Made by a program: the position numbers and the translations under genes. From positions 366-64,365 of the forward strand of contig JAFSMP010000022.1 in the NCBI GenBank assembly GCA_017447875.1: a stretch of 64,000 nucleotides of DNA. Direction: 5' to 3'. Numbering within the stretch: the first letter of the stretch is position 1; each line of letters begins with the position of its first letter. A model generated the notes under the pieces. The model did no database searches and was not told where the DNA came from. It saw only the letters and a list, made by a program, of their open reading frames with translations. The stretch comes from Paludibacteraceae bacterium. Its GTDB lineage: Bacteria > Bacteroidota > Bacteroidia > Bacteroidales > Paludibacteraceae. Shown piece after piece: positions 7,628-17,769 of the stretch.

Positions 7628-9124
7628 ATGAAAAAGATATTTAGATTTTTAGGCGTCGTGCTGCTCATTGCAGCAATCAGCGCCGCAACAACATTCGCTG
7701 TGCTACGGCTAAATGACAAATTAAAAATTACGAATTACGAATTAACCAATTTTGCTACCGGCAAGGATTCTTTGTCTGTCCCTGCTGCTTACAGCCGCTT
7801 TGCGTCTTTGCCGCAGGCAGGCGAGACGGATTTTACCAACGCGGCGGAGCTGTCTGTCAATGCGGTTGTCCACGTCAAGACGACCTACCGCAACCAGGTC
7901 TCCTCGCAGCAGATGGACCTTTTTGAGTTCTTCTTCGGGCGTCCGGGGCAGCAACGCGAGATGCCGGCGCAGCAGGCGTCCGGTTCGGGTGTCATCATCT
8001 CCGAGGAGGGATATATCGTCACCAACAACCACGTCATCGACCGTGCGGACCAGATTCAGGTTGTCCTCAACGACAAACGCGAATACACGGCTACGCTGGT
8101 CGGCACTGACCCGAACACCGACATTGCGCTGCTGAAGATTGACGAGGCAGGTCTGCCGGTGATCCTCATGGGCAACTCGGACGACCTGCGCGTCGGCGAA
8201 TGGGTGCTCGCCGTGGGCAATCCGTTCAACCTCACTTCGACTGTCACAGCGGGCATCGTGTCGGCGAAAGCGCGTAACATCAATATCCTCAATGCGGAGA
8301 TGAAGATTGAGTCGTTCATCCAGACCGACGCGGCAGTCAATCCCGGCAACTCCGGCGGTGCGCTGGTTAACACGCGCGGCGAATTGGTGGGTATCAACAC
8401 TGCCATCGCTTCGCAGACCGGTTCGTACTCGGGCTACAGCTTTGCAGTGCCGACCAGTATCGTGCAGAAAGTGGTGAGCGACATCCGTCAGTACGGCGTC
8501 GTGCAACGCGCTATCCTTGGCGTGCAGATGCGTGAGATCACGTCCGAACTGAAGAAAGAGAAAAACCTGACAACTCTCCAAGGGGCGTACGTAGAGCGCG
8601 TAGTGCCGGACGGCGCGGCAGAGAAAGCAGGCATCAAGAGCGGCGATGTAATCACGCGCATTGACGATGCAGCCGTCAAGACCGGTACCGACCTGCAGGA
8701 ACACATCGGTCGTCACCGTCCGGGTGATGTAGTGAGTGTGACGCTGCTCCGTGACGGCAAGACCATGACCGTTCAGGCTACGCTCACCAACCGCGATGGC
8801 GGCACAGGAGTCATCTCAGCCGAAGACAAAGCGTCTGTCTTAGGTGCCACGTTCTCCGAACTGACCGACGCGCAGAAAGAGCGGCTGGGTATCAACTACG
8901 GTTTGCAGATCAAGTCGCTCAAGGCTGGCAAACTGAAGAGTGCAGGTGTACCCTCGGACTTCATCATCCTGAAAGTCAACAACCGCTCCGTGCGCACCGA
9001 AGAAGACCTTGACGACATCGTCCGCCGTGCCAACTCCGCTTCCGAGCATGACCGCGTCCTCTTCATCACGGGCTGCACACCCCAAGGTCGCGTCCGCTAT
9101 TACGCTGTCAATCTGGCAGAGTAG
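7628..9124 (+). CDS. htrA: periplasmic serine endoprotease, DegP/HtrA (Do) family, two PDZ domains
   Basis: Signal-anchor MKKIFRFLGVVLLIAAISA. Catalytic triad context TNNHV, DIALLKI, GNSGGALVN. Two PDZ-like C-terminal segments. Start moved to the ATG at 7628. Confidence 0.92.
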   Translation: MKKIFRFLGVVLLIAAISAATTFAVLRLNDKLKITNYELTNFATGKDSLSVPAAYSRFASLPQAGETDFTNAAELSVNAVVHVKTTYRNQVSSQQMDLFEFFFGRPGQQREMPAQQASGSGVIISEEGYIVTNNHVIDRADQIQVVLNDKREYTATLVGTDPNTDIALLKIDEAGLPVILMGNSDDLRVGEWVLAVGNPFNLTSTVTAGIVSAKARNINILNAEMKIESFIQTDAAVNPGNSGGALVNTRGELVGINTAIASQTGSYSGYSFAVPTSIVQKVVSDIRQYGVVQRAILGVQMREITSELKKEKNLTTLQGAYVERVVPDGAAEKAGIKSGDVITRIDDAAVKTGTDLQEHIGRHRPGDVVSVTLLRDGKTMTVQATLTNRDGGTGVISAEDKASVLGATFSELTDAQKERLGINYGLQIKSLKAGKLKSAGVPSDFIILKVNNRSVRTEEDLDDIVRRANSASEHDRVLFITGCTPQGRVRYYAVNLAE

Positions 9125-9154
9125 AAATATACGTTTATTAAGATTTAGAATGAT

Positions 9155-9180
9155 AAAGGGGGCGATTTCGCCCCCTTTAT
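9155..9180 (+). terminator. hairpin terminator after htrA
   Basis: 10-bp stem AAAGGGGGCG/CGCCCCCTTT with loop ATTT. The T-run is short and the A-run upstream makes it potentially bidirectional. Confidence 0.65.
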
Positions 9181-9362
9181 CGTCCCGAAGCCTATTCACT
9201 ATACTCTCGTCATTGAAAGATTCCTAGTTTTTCAAGCAAAGAGCAAAGCAAACGCTTCTTTTAATAATATGTCATCGCGCGTCGCTACGCGCGTTTCTCC
9301 GGGTTAACGTCTTGAGAGGGACGGATATTATATATTGTTTTTTTATCTGTTGTTTAGTAATC

Positions 9363-10613
9363 TCATATTTGAGGTTGTTTGTTCGATAACTGATTTAACA
9401 GCATCATTCCTTTTACCGTCAGCAGGTATTTCTGGCGAGGGTGGCGAGGACTGTCGGGATAAAGCAGACGCACAAAGCCGTTTTCTATGGCAGGATTAAG
9501 ATAGTTCTCCATAAAAGTCGGGCGGTGCTTCAATTCTATTTTACTCATTATATCCTTAATAGATAGTTTTTCAAGCCTCATAGCCTGAACCAAACGAATG
9601 GTGTTTTCGTCGTCTGTATATATCTGATTTCCAGTGCTGATTAGGTTGCTTGTCTCGAACTTGCCCTGTACTTGTTCGGTACTTGTTCTGTACTTGTCCT
9701 GAACTTGTTCGGAGCTTGTTCGGAGCTTGTTCGGTACTTGTTCGGTCTCCGCGCTTTGAACGTCCTTGTTTGATATATGCAAATCTCTGTTATGCAGCGG
9801 CATTTGTTCGCCCAGCAGCAGGTTACGGAAGAAACGCTCCAAGTATTGCGGTGAGTTATTGACACCAAGTCGCGCGTTCTTATAATTAGCGCGCACAAGC
9901 GCGTTTCTGAAGAACCATGAGTGTTGCTCAAAGAGTGTATTATCTATATTCTGGAATCCTATCGAACGCAGGTATTTGATAGTGAAAACCGCGGTAGTAC
10001 GTGTGTTGCCCTCACGGAAAGGGTGTATTTGCCAGATATTCGCCACAAAAGCAGCAATATGACGAATAGCATCGGGCAGAGCAAGGTTGGAGTAGTCAAA
10101 CTGCTTCTCTTGCTCCAAATCATACTCCAGCGTTGCTTGCAACTGTGTACAACTGGCATAAAGCACCGTGTCGCCGTCCAAAACCCATTCTTTTTGGGTT
10201 ATGTCGTAGTCTCGGAACTGCCCTGCGTGCTTGAAGACGCCTTTGAATATCTGCCGATGGATGGACGCCAAACCTGCCACACTGAACGTAAATGATTGCT
10301 CACTAAGTAACTTGGTGATATTCATTGCTACTTTATCCGCTTCCTCTTTCTCGTCATCATCCGGCAAACGGATCTCTTTCGCTTGGTAGTATGCTTTAAT
10401 CCTTTGTTCCGCCTCGTCAGCACTAATCTGCCCCTCTATATGCTCTTGGGCGGTTTGCTTGAGGAAATCAGAAACAGTCAGCTGATCAACGGCTTGCAGC
10501 CCGATAGCCGTACGCCAATAATCCGCACGCTCGCGCACAGATGGCTCCTGAGTTCGAAGATACTTTTCAAACTCCGGAATGTACGGGTTTTCTATGTCCG
10601 CCTTCTTTGTCAT
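9363..10613 (-). CDS. Fic/DOC family protein with degenerate active-site motif and C-terminal winged-helix-like domain
   Basis: HPFREGNTRTTA at the Fic motif position (canonical is HxFx[DE]GNGRxxR). N-terminal helical region with EHIEGQIS resembles VbhA-type antitoxin helices. Only 9 nt downstream of the leuS stop. Confidence 0.85.
   Translation of the reverse strand: MTKKADIENPYIPEFEKYLRTQEPSVRERADYWRTAIGLQAVDQLTVSDFLKQTAQEHIEGQISADEAEQRIKAYYQAKEIRLPDDDEKEEADKVAMNITKLLSEQSFTFSVAGLASIHRQIFKGVFKHAGQFRDYDITQKEWVLDGDTVLYASCTQLQATLEYDLEQEKQFDYSNLALPDAIRHIAAFVANIWQIHPFREGNTRTTAVFTIKYLRSIGFQNIDNTLFEQHSWFFRNALVRANYKNARLGVNNSPQYLERFFRNLLLGEQMPLHNRDLHISNKDVQSAETEQVPNKLRTSSEQVQDKYRTSTEQVQGKFETSNLISTGNQIYTDDENTIRLVQAMRLEKLSIKDIMSKIELKHRPTFMENYLNPAIENGFVRLLYPDSPRHPRQKYLLTVKGMMLLNQLSNKQPQI
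9668..9744. repeat. 11-nt degenerate tandem array x7 inside Fic gene
   Basis: gtacttgttcg gtacttgttct gtacttgtcct gaacttgttcg gagcttgttcg gagcttgttcg gtacttgttcg. Translated in all three frames as TEQVPNKLRTSSEQVQDKYRTSTEQVQGK. Confidence 0.95.
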
Positions 10614-10622
10614 AACTTGCGA

Positions 10623-13337
10623 TTACATCACAATGTTGACAATCCTACCGGGAACGACGATGACTTTTTTAGGCGTGTTGCCGGCGAGATATTTGGATGT
10701 GTCTTCGTGTGCAAGGACAAGTTTCTCCACTTCCTCTTTCGGCGTGTCTTTCGGGCACTCGAAGGTGAAACGCACTTTGCCGTTGAACTGAACAGGGTAT
10801 TTCTGCGTGTCCTCTACGAGGTACGACTCATCGCAAAGCGGCCATTCGGCGTTCACCACATACGAGTCATTGCCGCAACGATGCCATGCTTCCTCTGCGA
10901 TATGCGGGGCGTACGGAGCGAGAAGAACCGCAATCGGTTCAAGGATCGCACGCTTGTTGCACTTGAGCGCGGACAGCTCGTTCTGCGCAATCATAAAGGC
11001 AGGAATAGAGGTGTTGAACGAGAAGTTCTCGATATCCCAGGTGATCTTCTTAATGAGCTTGTGCAGACTCTTGAGTTCTTCTTTCGTCGGCTCTTCGTCG
11101 GTGATTGTCTCGTACATGTTCCAGAGGCGTTTGAGGAAACGATGCACGCCGTCAATACCGTTCGTATCCCAGGGTTTGGACATCTCCAGCGGGCCAAGGA
11201 ACATCTCGTACAGACGCAAAGTGTCTGCTCCGAACTTAGCGATGACGTCATCCGGATTAACCACATTGAACATCGACTTACTCATCTTCTCCACTGCCCA
11301 ACCGCAGATATACTGACCATTGGAGAGCACAAACTCCGCATTCTTAAATTCCGGCATCCATGCCTTGAATGCCTCGATATCCAGCACGTCGTTGGAAACG
11401 ATATTCACGTTTACGTGAATCGGTTGCACCTTATCCTTGTACTCCGGCTGGTTAATCAGGTCATAACTGATATACAGATTGCCTGTTGCCCCTTCGCCGA
11501 TATAGCGATAAACGAAGTTCGAGCGACCTTGGATCATACCCTGGTTGATGAGCTTCTTGAAGGGTTCATCTTCGCATACGTATCCTAAGTCATAGAGGAA
11601 CTTATTCCAGAAACGGGAGTAGATCAAGTGACCCGTTGCGTGCTCCGAACCGCCCAAATAGAGGTCCACTTGACGCCAGTATTCATTCGCCTGCTTACCA
11701 ACCAACGCCTCGTCATTATGCGGATCCATGTATCTCAAATAATATGCCGACGAACCGGCAAAGCCCGGCATGGTGCAGAGCTCCAGCGGATAACCGTTAT
11801 AGGTCCAGTCCTTGGCATTACCGAGCGGCGGACGACCGTCCGAAGTGGGCTTGAAGTCCGACACTTCGGGTAACTGCAACGGCAGGTCTTTCTCATCAAC
11901 CGTATAAGGCATACCGTCTTTATAGTAGATCGGGAAGGGTTCACCCCAATAACGCTGACGACTGAAGATCGCGTCGCGGAGACGATAGTTCACTTTCACG
12001 CGACCGATACCGGTATTGGTTATATATTCCTTCATCGCTTGAATCGCGTCCTTGACATCCATGCCGTTGAGGAAACCGGAGTTGATCATCTTGCCTTCTT
12101 TGGCGTCGAACGACTCCTCGGAAACGTCCGCCCCTTCAATCAGCGGAATAATCGGCAGATTGAAATGTTTGGCGAAGGCGTAGTCGCGGCTGTCGTGCGC
12201 CGGAACCGCCATGATAGCGCCCGTTCCGTAGCCCGCAAGCACGTAATCGGAAATATAAATAGGTATCTCGCCTTGCGTGAGCGGATTGATGGCATAACTT
12301 CCCGTGAACACACCCGTTACTTTTCTATCGGCGATACGCTCACGCTCTGTACGATGTTTGACCCACGCGAGGTATTCCTCCACTTCGGCCTTGTGCTCAT
12401 CGGTCACGACACGTTGTACGTATTCGCTCTCCGGCGCCAGCACCATAAAGGTCACACCGTAGATCGTATCCGCACGGGTGGTGAAGATGGTAAACGGCTC
12501 GTCCTGACCCTTGATGCGGAACTGCATCTCGGCGCCTTCCGAACGACCGATCCAGTTGCGTTGGGTCTCTTTGAGAGAGTCGGTCCAGTCGATACGATCG
12601 AGCCCTTCGAGTAAACGACCGGCATAGGCACTCACGCGCAAGCACCATTGCCGCATCACGCGCTGCTCCACCGGGAAACCGCCACGGACGGAGAGTCCTT
12701 CGGACACTTCGTCGTTCGCAAGTACCGTTCCGAGTTTCGGACACCAGTTCACTTTGGTATCCGCCAGATAAGCGATGCGGTAATTCATCAAACGCTCTTG
12801 TTTCTCTTTCTCGCTCATGGTCGCCCATTTCGGGTCGTTCGCCTCAAACTCAGCGATCAGTTTGCTAATCGGCTGTGCTTTCTGGGTCTTGGGGTCGAAA
12901 TAACTGTTGAACATCTGTACAAACGCCCATTGGGTCCACTTGTAGAACTTCGGATCGCAGGTACGTACCTCGCGGTTCCAGTCGTAGCAGAAACCAATTT
13001 TCTTGAGCTGTGAGATATATCGGTCGATGTTCTCGAAGGTCGTCTTCTCCGGATGTTGACCGGTCTGGATCGCATACTGCTCGGCGGGCAGACCGTACGA
13101 GTCAAAACCCATCGGGTGCAGGACATTAAAACCTTTGAGCCGTTTGTAACGGGAGTAAATATCCGAGGCAATATAACCCAGCGGGTGACCTACATGAAGA
13201 CCCGCTCCACTCGGATAAGGAAACATATCGAGCACGTAGTAATGCGGTTTATCGGACTCATTGGAGACAGTATAGACTCCTTTCTCATCCCAAGCCTTTT
13301 GCCAACGGCTCTCAATATCAGAAAAATTATATTCCAT
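10623..13337 (-). CDS. leuS: leucine--tRNA ligase
   Basis: Class I motifs HVGHPLGY (HIGH) and KMSKS. The N-terminus [16 protein letters not shown] is typical of LeuRS. 904 aa. Confidence 0.95.
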   Translation of the reverse strand: MEYNFSDIESRWQKAWDEKGVYTVSNESDKPHYYVLDMFPYPSGAGLHVGHPLGYIASDIYSRYKRLKGFNVLHPMGFDSYGLPAEQYAIQTGQHPEKTTFENIDRYISQLKKIGFCYDWNREVRTCDPKFYKWTQWAFVQMFNSYFDPKTQKAQPISKLIAEFEANDPKWATMSEKEKQERLMNYRIAYLADTKVNWCPKLGTVLANDEVSEGLSVRGGFPVEQRVMRQWCLRVSAYAGRLLEGLDRIDWTDSLKETQRNWIGRSEGAEMQFRIKGQDEPFTIFTTRADTIYGVTFMVLAPESEYVQRVVTDEHKAEVEEYLAWVKHRTERERIADRKVTGVFTGSYAINPLTQGEIPIYISDYVLAGYGTGAIMAVPAHDSRDYAFAKHFNLPIIPLIEGADVSEESFDAKEGKMINSGFLNGMDVKDAIQAMKEYITNTGIGRVKVNYRLRDAIFSRQRYWGEPFPIYYKDGMPYTVDEKDLPLQLPEVSDFKPTSDGRPPLGNAKDWTYNGYPLELCTMPGFAGSSAYYLRYMDPHNDEALVGKQANEYWRQVDLYLGGSEHATGHLIYSRFWNKFLYDLGYVCEDEPFKKLINQGMIQGRSNFVYRYIGEGATGNLYISYDLINQPEYKDKVQPIHVNVNIVSNDVLDIEAFKAWMPEFKNAEFVLSNGQYICGWAVEKMSKSMFNVVNPDDVIAKFGADTLRLYEMFLGPLEMSKPWDTNGIDGVHRFLKRLWNMYETITDEEPTKEELKSLHKLIKKITWDIENFSFNTSIPAFMIAQNELSALKCNKRAILEPIAVLLAPYAPHIAEEAWHRCGNDSYVVNAEWPLCDESYLVEDTQKYPVQFNGKVRFTFECPKDTPKEEVEKLVLAHEDTSKYLAGNTPKKVIVVPGRIVNIVM

Positions 13338-15346
13338 TAAATCATTTTTTTAACTTGCTCATATACATTTTGTGCGGTGAAGCCGAGTTTCTCGTCGAGT
13401 ACCTTGTAGGGTGCGGAGAAACCGAAGCTATTGAGACCCCATACAGCACCATTCTCACCGACGAGGCTCTCCAGCGTGCAAGGCAGACCGGCGGTCATAC
13501 CAAAACGCTTGATACCTTTCGGCAGCACCTCGTTCTGGTACTCTTGGGACTGTTGACGGAACACGCCTTCTGACGGTACACTGACGATCTGCAGACGGAC
13601 ACCTTCTGCACGCAGTAACTCAGCACCTGCCAGCAGGGTCGATACCTCTGATCCCGAAGCTAATAATACTACTTGCGGGTTTTCATCTTTGCTCACGATA
13701 TACGCACCCTTGCGGAAACCTTCGAGGTTGACATTGGGTACCGGAGCGATGTCCTGACGAGAGAGGATGAGGGCGGTCGGCGTCTCGGTGTTCTCGATCG
13801 CTGCACGCCAAGCGAGCGTGGTCTCTTCGGCATCCGCCGGACGGAGCACCAACATAGACGGTTTACCGCTATGGTTATGCAACTTCTCCATCAGACGTAT
13901 CTGTGCCTCCTGCTCCACGGGTTCATGCGTCGGACCGTCTTCACCTACGCGGAAAGCGTCGTGACTCCAGATGAACTTAACGGGCAGTTCCATGAGGGCT
14001 GCCATACGGACGGCGGGTTTCATATAATCGCTGAACACGAAGAACGTACCGCATGCCGGGATGATACCACCGTGGAGCGCCATACCGATCATGACGCATG
14101 CCATGGTGAGTTCAGACACACCTGCCTGGAGGAACTGTCCGCTGAAATCACTCTTGGTGAACGCATGGGTCTTCTTAAGGAACCCGTCGGTCTTGTCAGA
14201 GTTCGAGAGGTCAGCCGATGAAACGATCATATTACCTACATGTTCTGCGAGGTAAGACAGCACGACACCACTCGCATTACGCGTAGCAGCACCGGCTTTC
14301 TGCTGGATCTCACTCCAGTCGATGCACGGCACTTCGCCCGACATGAAGGTCTCGTACTCATTCGCAGCTTGCGGATTGGCCTGCGCCCACTCGTGGTAAG
14401 CCACATAACGTTTGTTGCACAACTCACGTAACTCGGCTGCACGGTCGTCATATAGTTTCTTTACCTCGGGGAAGATCTGGAACGGGTCTTCGGGATTGCC
14501 GCCGAGGTGCTCGATGGTCTTCTCGAAGGACGCTCCGGCTTTGGAGAGCGGAGCTCCGTGGGTGGAGCACTTGCCTTCCCAGTTAGCACCCTCTGCCGTG
14601 ACACAACCCTTACCCATGGTGGTATGACCGATGATGATCGACGGTTGTCCTTTATGCGCTTTCGCTTTGATGATCGCCTCACGGATCGCGTCGGGATCAT
14701 TACCCGGGATCTCCTGCACGAACCATCCCCAAGCCTGGTATTTGGCTGCCACATCTTCGGATGTCACCTCGCCGCAACCGGTGGAGAGCTGGATGGTGTT
14801 GGAGTCATAGAACATCACGAGGTTATCCAGACCGAGGTGTCCTGCGAGACGACCGGCACCTTGCGATATCTCTTCCTGGATACCACCGTCCGAGATGAAG
14901 GCATATATCGTCGGGTTATGGATCGCACCGTAACGGGTGTTGAACCATTTCGCGGCGATCGCAGCACCTACCGCGAAGGTATGTCCCTGACCGAGCGGAC
15001 CGGAGGTGTTCTCAATCATACGTTCGATCTCCCGTTCGGGGTGACCGGGCGTGACGCTACCCCACTGACGCAGGTTCTGCAGGTCCTCGAGGGTGAACTT
15101 GCCTGCCAGACACAACTGGCCGTACAGCATCGGAGCCATATGACCCGGATCCAAGAAGAACCGGTCACGACCTTCCCAAGCTGCGTTGTCCGGATCGTAC
15201 TCCAGAAACTCACTGAAGAGCACATTGATAAAATCTGCTCCTCCCATGGCACCACCGGGGTGACCACTCTTCGCTTTCTCTACGGCTGCTGCAGCCAAGA
15301 TACGAATGTTATCCGCTGCACGATTCATTAGTTGTGTCTTGTTCAT
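13337..15346 (-). CDS. tkt: transketolase
   Basis: 669 aa. N-terminal SGHPGGAMG thiamine-diphosphate region, GDG-type motif [10 protein letters not shown]-terminal transketolase domains. Its stop overlaps the leuS ATG (TAATG). Confidence 0.95.
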   Translation of the reverse strand: MNKTQLMNRAADNIRILAAAAVEKAKSGHPGGAMGGADFINVLFSEFLEYDPDNAAWEGRDRFFLDPGHMAPMLYGQLCLAGKFTLEDLQNLRQWGSVTPGHPEREIERMIENTSGPLGQGHTFAVGAAIAAKWFNTRYGAIHNPTIYAFISDGGIQEEISQGAGRLAGHLGLDNLVMFYDSNTIQLSTGCGEVTSEDVAAKYQAWGWFVQEIPGNDPDAIREAIIKAKAHKGQPSIIIGHTTMGKGCVTAEGANWEGKCSTHGAPLSKAGASFEKTIEHLGGNPEDPFQIFPEVKKLYDDRAAELRELCNKRYVAYHEWAQANPQAANEYETFMSGEVPCIDWSEIQQKAGAATRNASGVVLSYLAEHVGNMIVSSADLSNSDKTDGFLKKTHAFTKSDFSGQFLQAGVSELTMACVMIGMALHGGIIPACGTFFVFSDYMKPAVRMAALMELPVKFIWSHDAFRVGEDGPTHEPVEQEAQIRLMEKLHNHSGKPSMLVLRPADAEETTLAWRAAIENTETPTALILSRQDIAPVPNVNLEGFRKGAYIVSKDENPQVVLLASGSEVSTLLAGAELLRAEGVRLQIVSVPSEGVFRQQSQEYQNEVLPKGIKRFGMTAGLPCTLESLVGENGAVWGLNSFGFSAPYKVLDEKLGFTAQNVYEQVKKMI

Positions 15347-15373
15347 AATATTGTAGTTTCTTATTTTACTCGT

Positions 15374-15403
15374 TCTCTAGATCTCTAGAATTCTAGATAT
15401 CTA
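15374..15403. repeat. short degenerate TCTAGA-word tandem array
   Basis: tctctagatctctagaattctagatatcta in the 54-nt spacer between the beta-barrel gene and tkt. Confidence 0.7.
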
Positions 15404-16012
15404 AAACTTCCATCCTACATGATAGCTGAGTCCCCAGGCGATATTACCGCGTTTGCCGAAACCGGGGATATATATCGGTGCCATCTCATCAGCAGTCTGA
15501 CCGTCTTTTCGGGTAAAGAGGATCTTCAGTCGTCCCATCCAACCCATGTAAAAACCGGTCTTTCCCACTTGCGCCAGTTGCACCTGACATCCTGCCACAA
15601 TCTCCCCCCAGCAGTCGATTCGCTTTGGTTGGAAATCCGTACCGACACGGATACCTATGAGCATCGCATGCGGGCTCTCGGGATGTTTCTTAAGCGGGTT
15701 GATATCCAGTCCGGCGCGAAAATAACCGCCAAAGTCATTATAACTGAGACTGTCTCCTCTCGTAGCCTTTCCTCCGGCGTAACCCAATTCGAGCGTCGGA
15801 TAGAGACGGTTGATCACTTGCCAGTTCATCGCCAACTCGTACTGTTGTAAGCGTCCTTTGTTCAAAGCCGGAGTGAGCACCGCAGCCCCCACATCGAACT
15901 TCAAGGTCATGCCGCCATAGATGGGTTTCTTCTCCACCTTCGTCGAGTCTGCAGCGTATGCACCCATACCCAGCAGGATCGCGAGCCCTATCACCCATAA
16001 CCTATAACCCAT
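15401..16012 (-). CDS. outer-membrane beta-barrel protein, hypothetical (DUF6048-like)
   Basis: Signal peptide LAILLGMGAYAADS, alternating-hydrophobic strands, C-terminal aromatic residue (GWKF). The family assignment is from memory only. Confidence 0.55.
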   Translation of the reverse strand: MGYRLWVIGLAILLGMGAYAADSTKVEKKPIYGGMTLKFDVGAAVLTPALNKGRLQQYELAMNWQVINRLYPTLELGYAGGKATRGDSLSYNDFGGYFRAGLDINPLKKHPESPHAMLIGIRVGTDFQPKRIDCWGEIVAGCQVQLAQVGKTGFYMGWMGRLKILFTRKDGQTADEMAPIYIPGFGKRGNIAWGLSYHVGWKF

Positions 16013-16029
16013 AACCCGTAACCCTTACA
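15988..16029. repeat. degenerate heptamer array x6 (CCRTAAC; minus strand GTTAYGG)
   Basis: ctatcac ccataac ctataac ccataac ccgtaac ccttaca. It spans the stop codon of the upstream gene, the 12-nt spacer and the ATG plus first codons of the downstream gene. Confidence 0.9.
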
Positions 16030-16558
16030 TCAGCGCTTTCGCCTCATTCCGCAATTCTTCCAATGCTTTGTCCGTCGGTGTCAGACCGTTGGAACTGTAG
16101 GCCGTCATCAGCATCTGCGCATAGGTCTGCGCTGTAGCCTCAGCCGGCAGTTGCGCTGCCATAGCGATGACAAAGGTTGCCATTTGGTTACGCGCATTGA
16201 TGATCTGGTCCCATACCTCGTCGGACACATAGACCTGCTGACTCTGGTTATGGTCAAACTCCGCACGGATGGTCTGCAACAGGTACTGCTGCACCTCCGC
16301 CACCGACCAGGTATTCAGTGCCTCGGGTTCTTTGGACCGCAGTTCCATCAGCATATGTTCCGGCTTCGTGCGCTCCAATAACAACGCGAGTCGCTCATAC
16401 GCCCGCAGGCGGATAGGCGACACCACTTTCTGGCTGTCCTTCTTGAGATCAAACAGCCGCTTCTTCTCCTCGTTGCGATAGGCGGAGTTCTGGATCAACC
16501 AAAACCCGAAAATCATCACCAACACCAAGAAGATGCTATATACAATTACCATTGTCAT
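16025..16558 (-). CDS. hypothetical single-pass membrane protein
   Basis: Start set at MTMVIVYSIFLVLVMIFGFWL (TM helix). The 18 codons upstream in the track are the promoter. No family recognised. Confidence 0.55.
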   Translation of the reverse strand: MTMVIVYSIFLVLVMIFGFWLIQNSAYRNEEKKRLFDLKKDSQKVVSPIRLRAYERLALLLERTKPEHMLMELRSKEPEALNTWSVAEVQQYLLQTIRAEFDHNQSQQVYVSDEVWDQIINARNQMATFVIAMAAQLPAEATAQTYAQMLMTAYSSNGLTPTDKALEELRNEAKALM

Positions 16559-16581
16559 AGGCTCATCTGCAATTTTGCGTG

Positions 16582-16613
16582 CAAAATTACAAAAAAAAAT
16601 TGACATACGCAAG
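16582..16613 (-). promoter_or_regulatory. Bacteroidetes-type promoter (CTTG-N20-TAATTTTG)
   Basis: Minus strand CTTGCGTATGTCAATTTTTTTTTGTAATTTTGCACGC. The -7 box lies about 24 nt upstream of the ATG at 16558. Confidence 0.7.
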
Positions 16614-16641
16614 AGCGTATGCCAAATTTTTGCAATTTTTC

Positions 16642-17769
16642 TTACTTCTTACAAGTGAAGTAGATCATCCTAAGCCAAGCGACGGTGTAGGTAAGGACAC
16701 CGATCCAAAGGGTCGAATGGAGGTAATTACAGAGTTTGGACGGACAGAAAAGGTCGATCGGCATGACGCACCAGAGCACGAACAAGGCCCAGAAGAGCAC
16801 CTTGTCCACGACCGGTCGGTTGTCCTGATGGAAGAACCAAAGGGCATAGCCGGTCATGGCAATCGTGTAGGTCGTATACTCCGCCGCTTCGCTGAACAGC
16901 ACGATATAGCCCATCAGTACGGCTAAGGCTCCGACGCGGAACGAGTACTTGCTCCAGCGGTTACGGCAAAGGAAGAACAGCACCGCCAACACTCCCAGTA
17001 CGGATGCCTGGAAGATACGCATATACGGTAAGGCTATTGCCTTGATGCCCGGCACAAACAGAATGGAGTAATAGACTCCGGTGGACTGATGATGATCGGT
17101 GAGTTGCGTCAACCAGTTCTGGTAACCGGTGAGCAGTCCTTCGATGCCTCCATGAAGCGCAGGCAGCAAGACAAAGAAGAGTCCCGTCAATGCCACCCAA
17201 CCGATATTGCGCCAGAAACGCGGATAGCAGAGTAAGAGTGCCAGTTCGACAGCCCCATAGATCTTGGTGGTGGCCGACAGCATGATGAGCAGCACTGCCC
17301 AGAAGGCCTTGTCGCGCTCCAGCAGTACGAATGCCCACAAGAAGATAGCCGCCACCAGCAAGTTGTATTGGAAACAGAACAGACTCTGCGCAACCGTCAG
17401 CAGCAGGTACAGCATCATGTAGGGTGCTTTCTCGGACAAGGTGCCCGGCAGGTTCTTAACCGCAAAATAAAAGACCGTATAGCCGAACAGGTTCCACGCC
17501 AAACCGCCGATATAAAAAGGCAGGAAGGCAAAGGGTGCAAATAACACACAGAAGATCGGCGAATAGATGAAATACCGGTGGTGAACATCGACAAACTCCG
17601 GTGTGTAGGCGTTGATACCCTGCCAGAACTGTTGGGTCGCATCCCGAAAGACACAGTAGTTCTCCTCCCCACCACGCAGGAGTTCAATCAGCGAAGCAGC
17701 AACGGCTATCGCAAATCCCAGCCAGTAGATGTTTCGCGATACCGTAAAGAATTCCAGGAACTTTTTCAT
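16642..17769 (-). CDS. polytopic membrane glycosyltransferase, GT87/DUF2029-like (GT-C fold)
   Basis: 375 aa with about 10 predicted TM helices. N-terminal pattern NYCVFRDA...W.G.N.Y...FIYSPIF resembles DUF2029/GT87 proteins. 4-nt overlap with the GT2 gene. Confidence 0.65.
   Translation of the reverse strand: MKKFLEFFTVSRNIYWLGFAIAVAASLIELLRGGEENYCVFRDATQQFWQGINAYTPEFVDVHHRYFIYSPIFCVLFAPFAFLPFYIGGLAWNLFGYTVFYFAVKNLPGTLSEKAPYMMLYLLLTVAQSLFCFQYNLLVAAIFLWAFVLLERDKAFWAVLLIMLSATTKIYGAVELALLLCYPRFWRNIGWVALTGLFFVLLPALHGGIEGLLTGYQNWLTQLTDHHQSTGVYYSILFVPGIKAIALPYMRIFQASVLGVLAVLFFLCRNRWSKYSFRVGALAVLMGYIVLFSEAAEYTTYTIAMTGYALWFFHQDNRPVVDKVLFWALFVLWCVMPIDLFCPSKLCNYLHSTLWIGVLTYTVAWLRMIYFTCKK

Noticed and set aside
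15988-16029. Telomere-like or restriction-site interpretation of GGGTTAC / GGTNACC words.
   Set aside because: This is the interior of a circular-type bacterial operon context, and the units are degenerate. There is no supporting feature, so it is treated simply as a heptamer micro-satellite.
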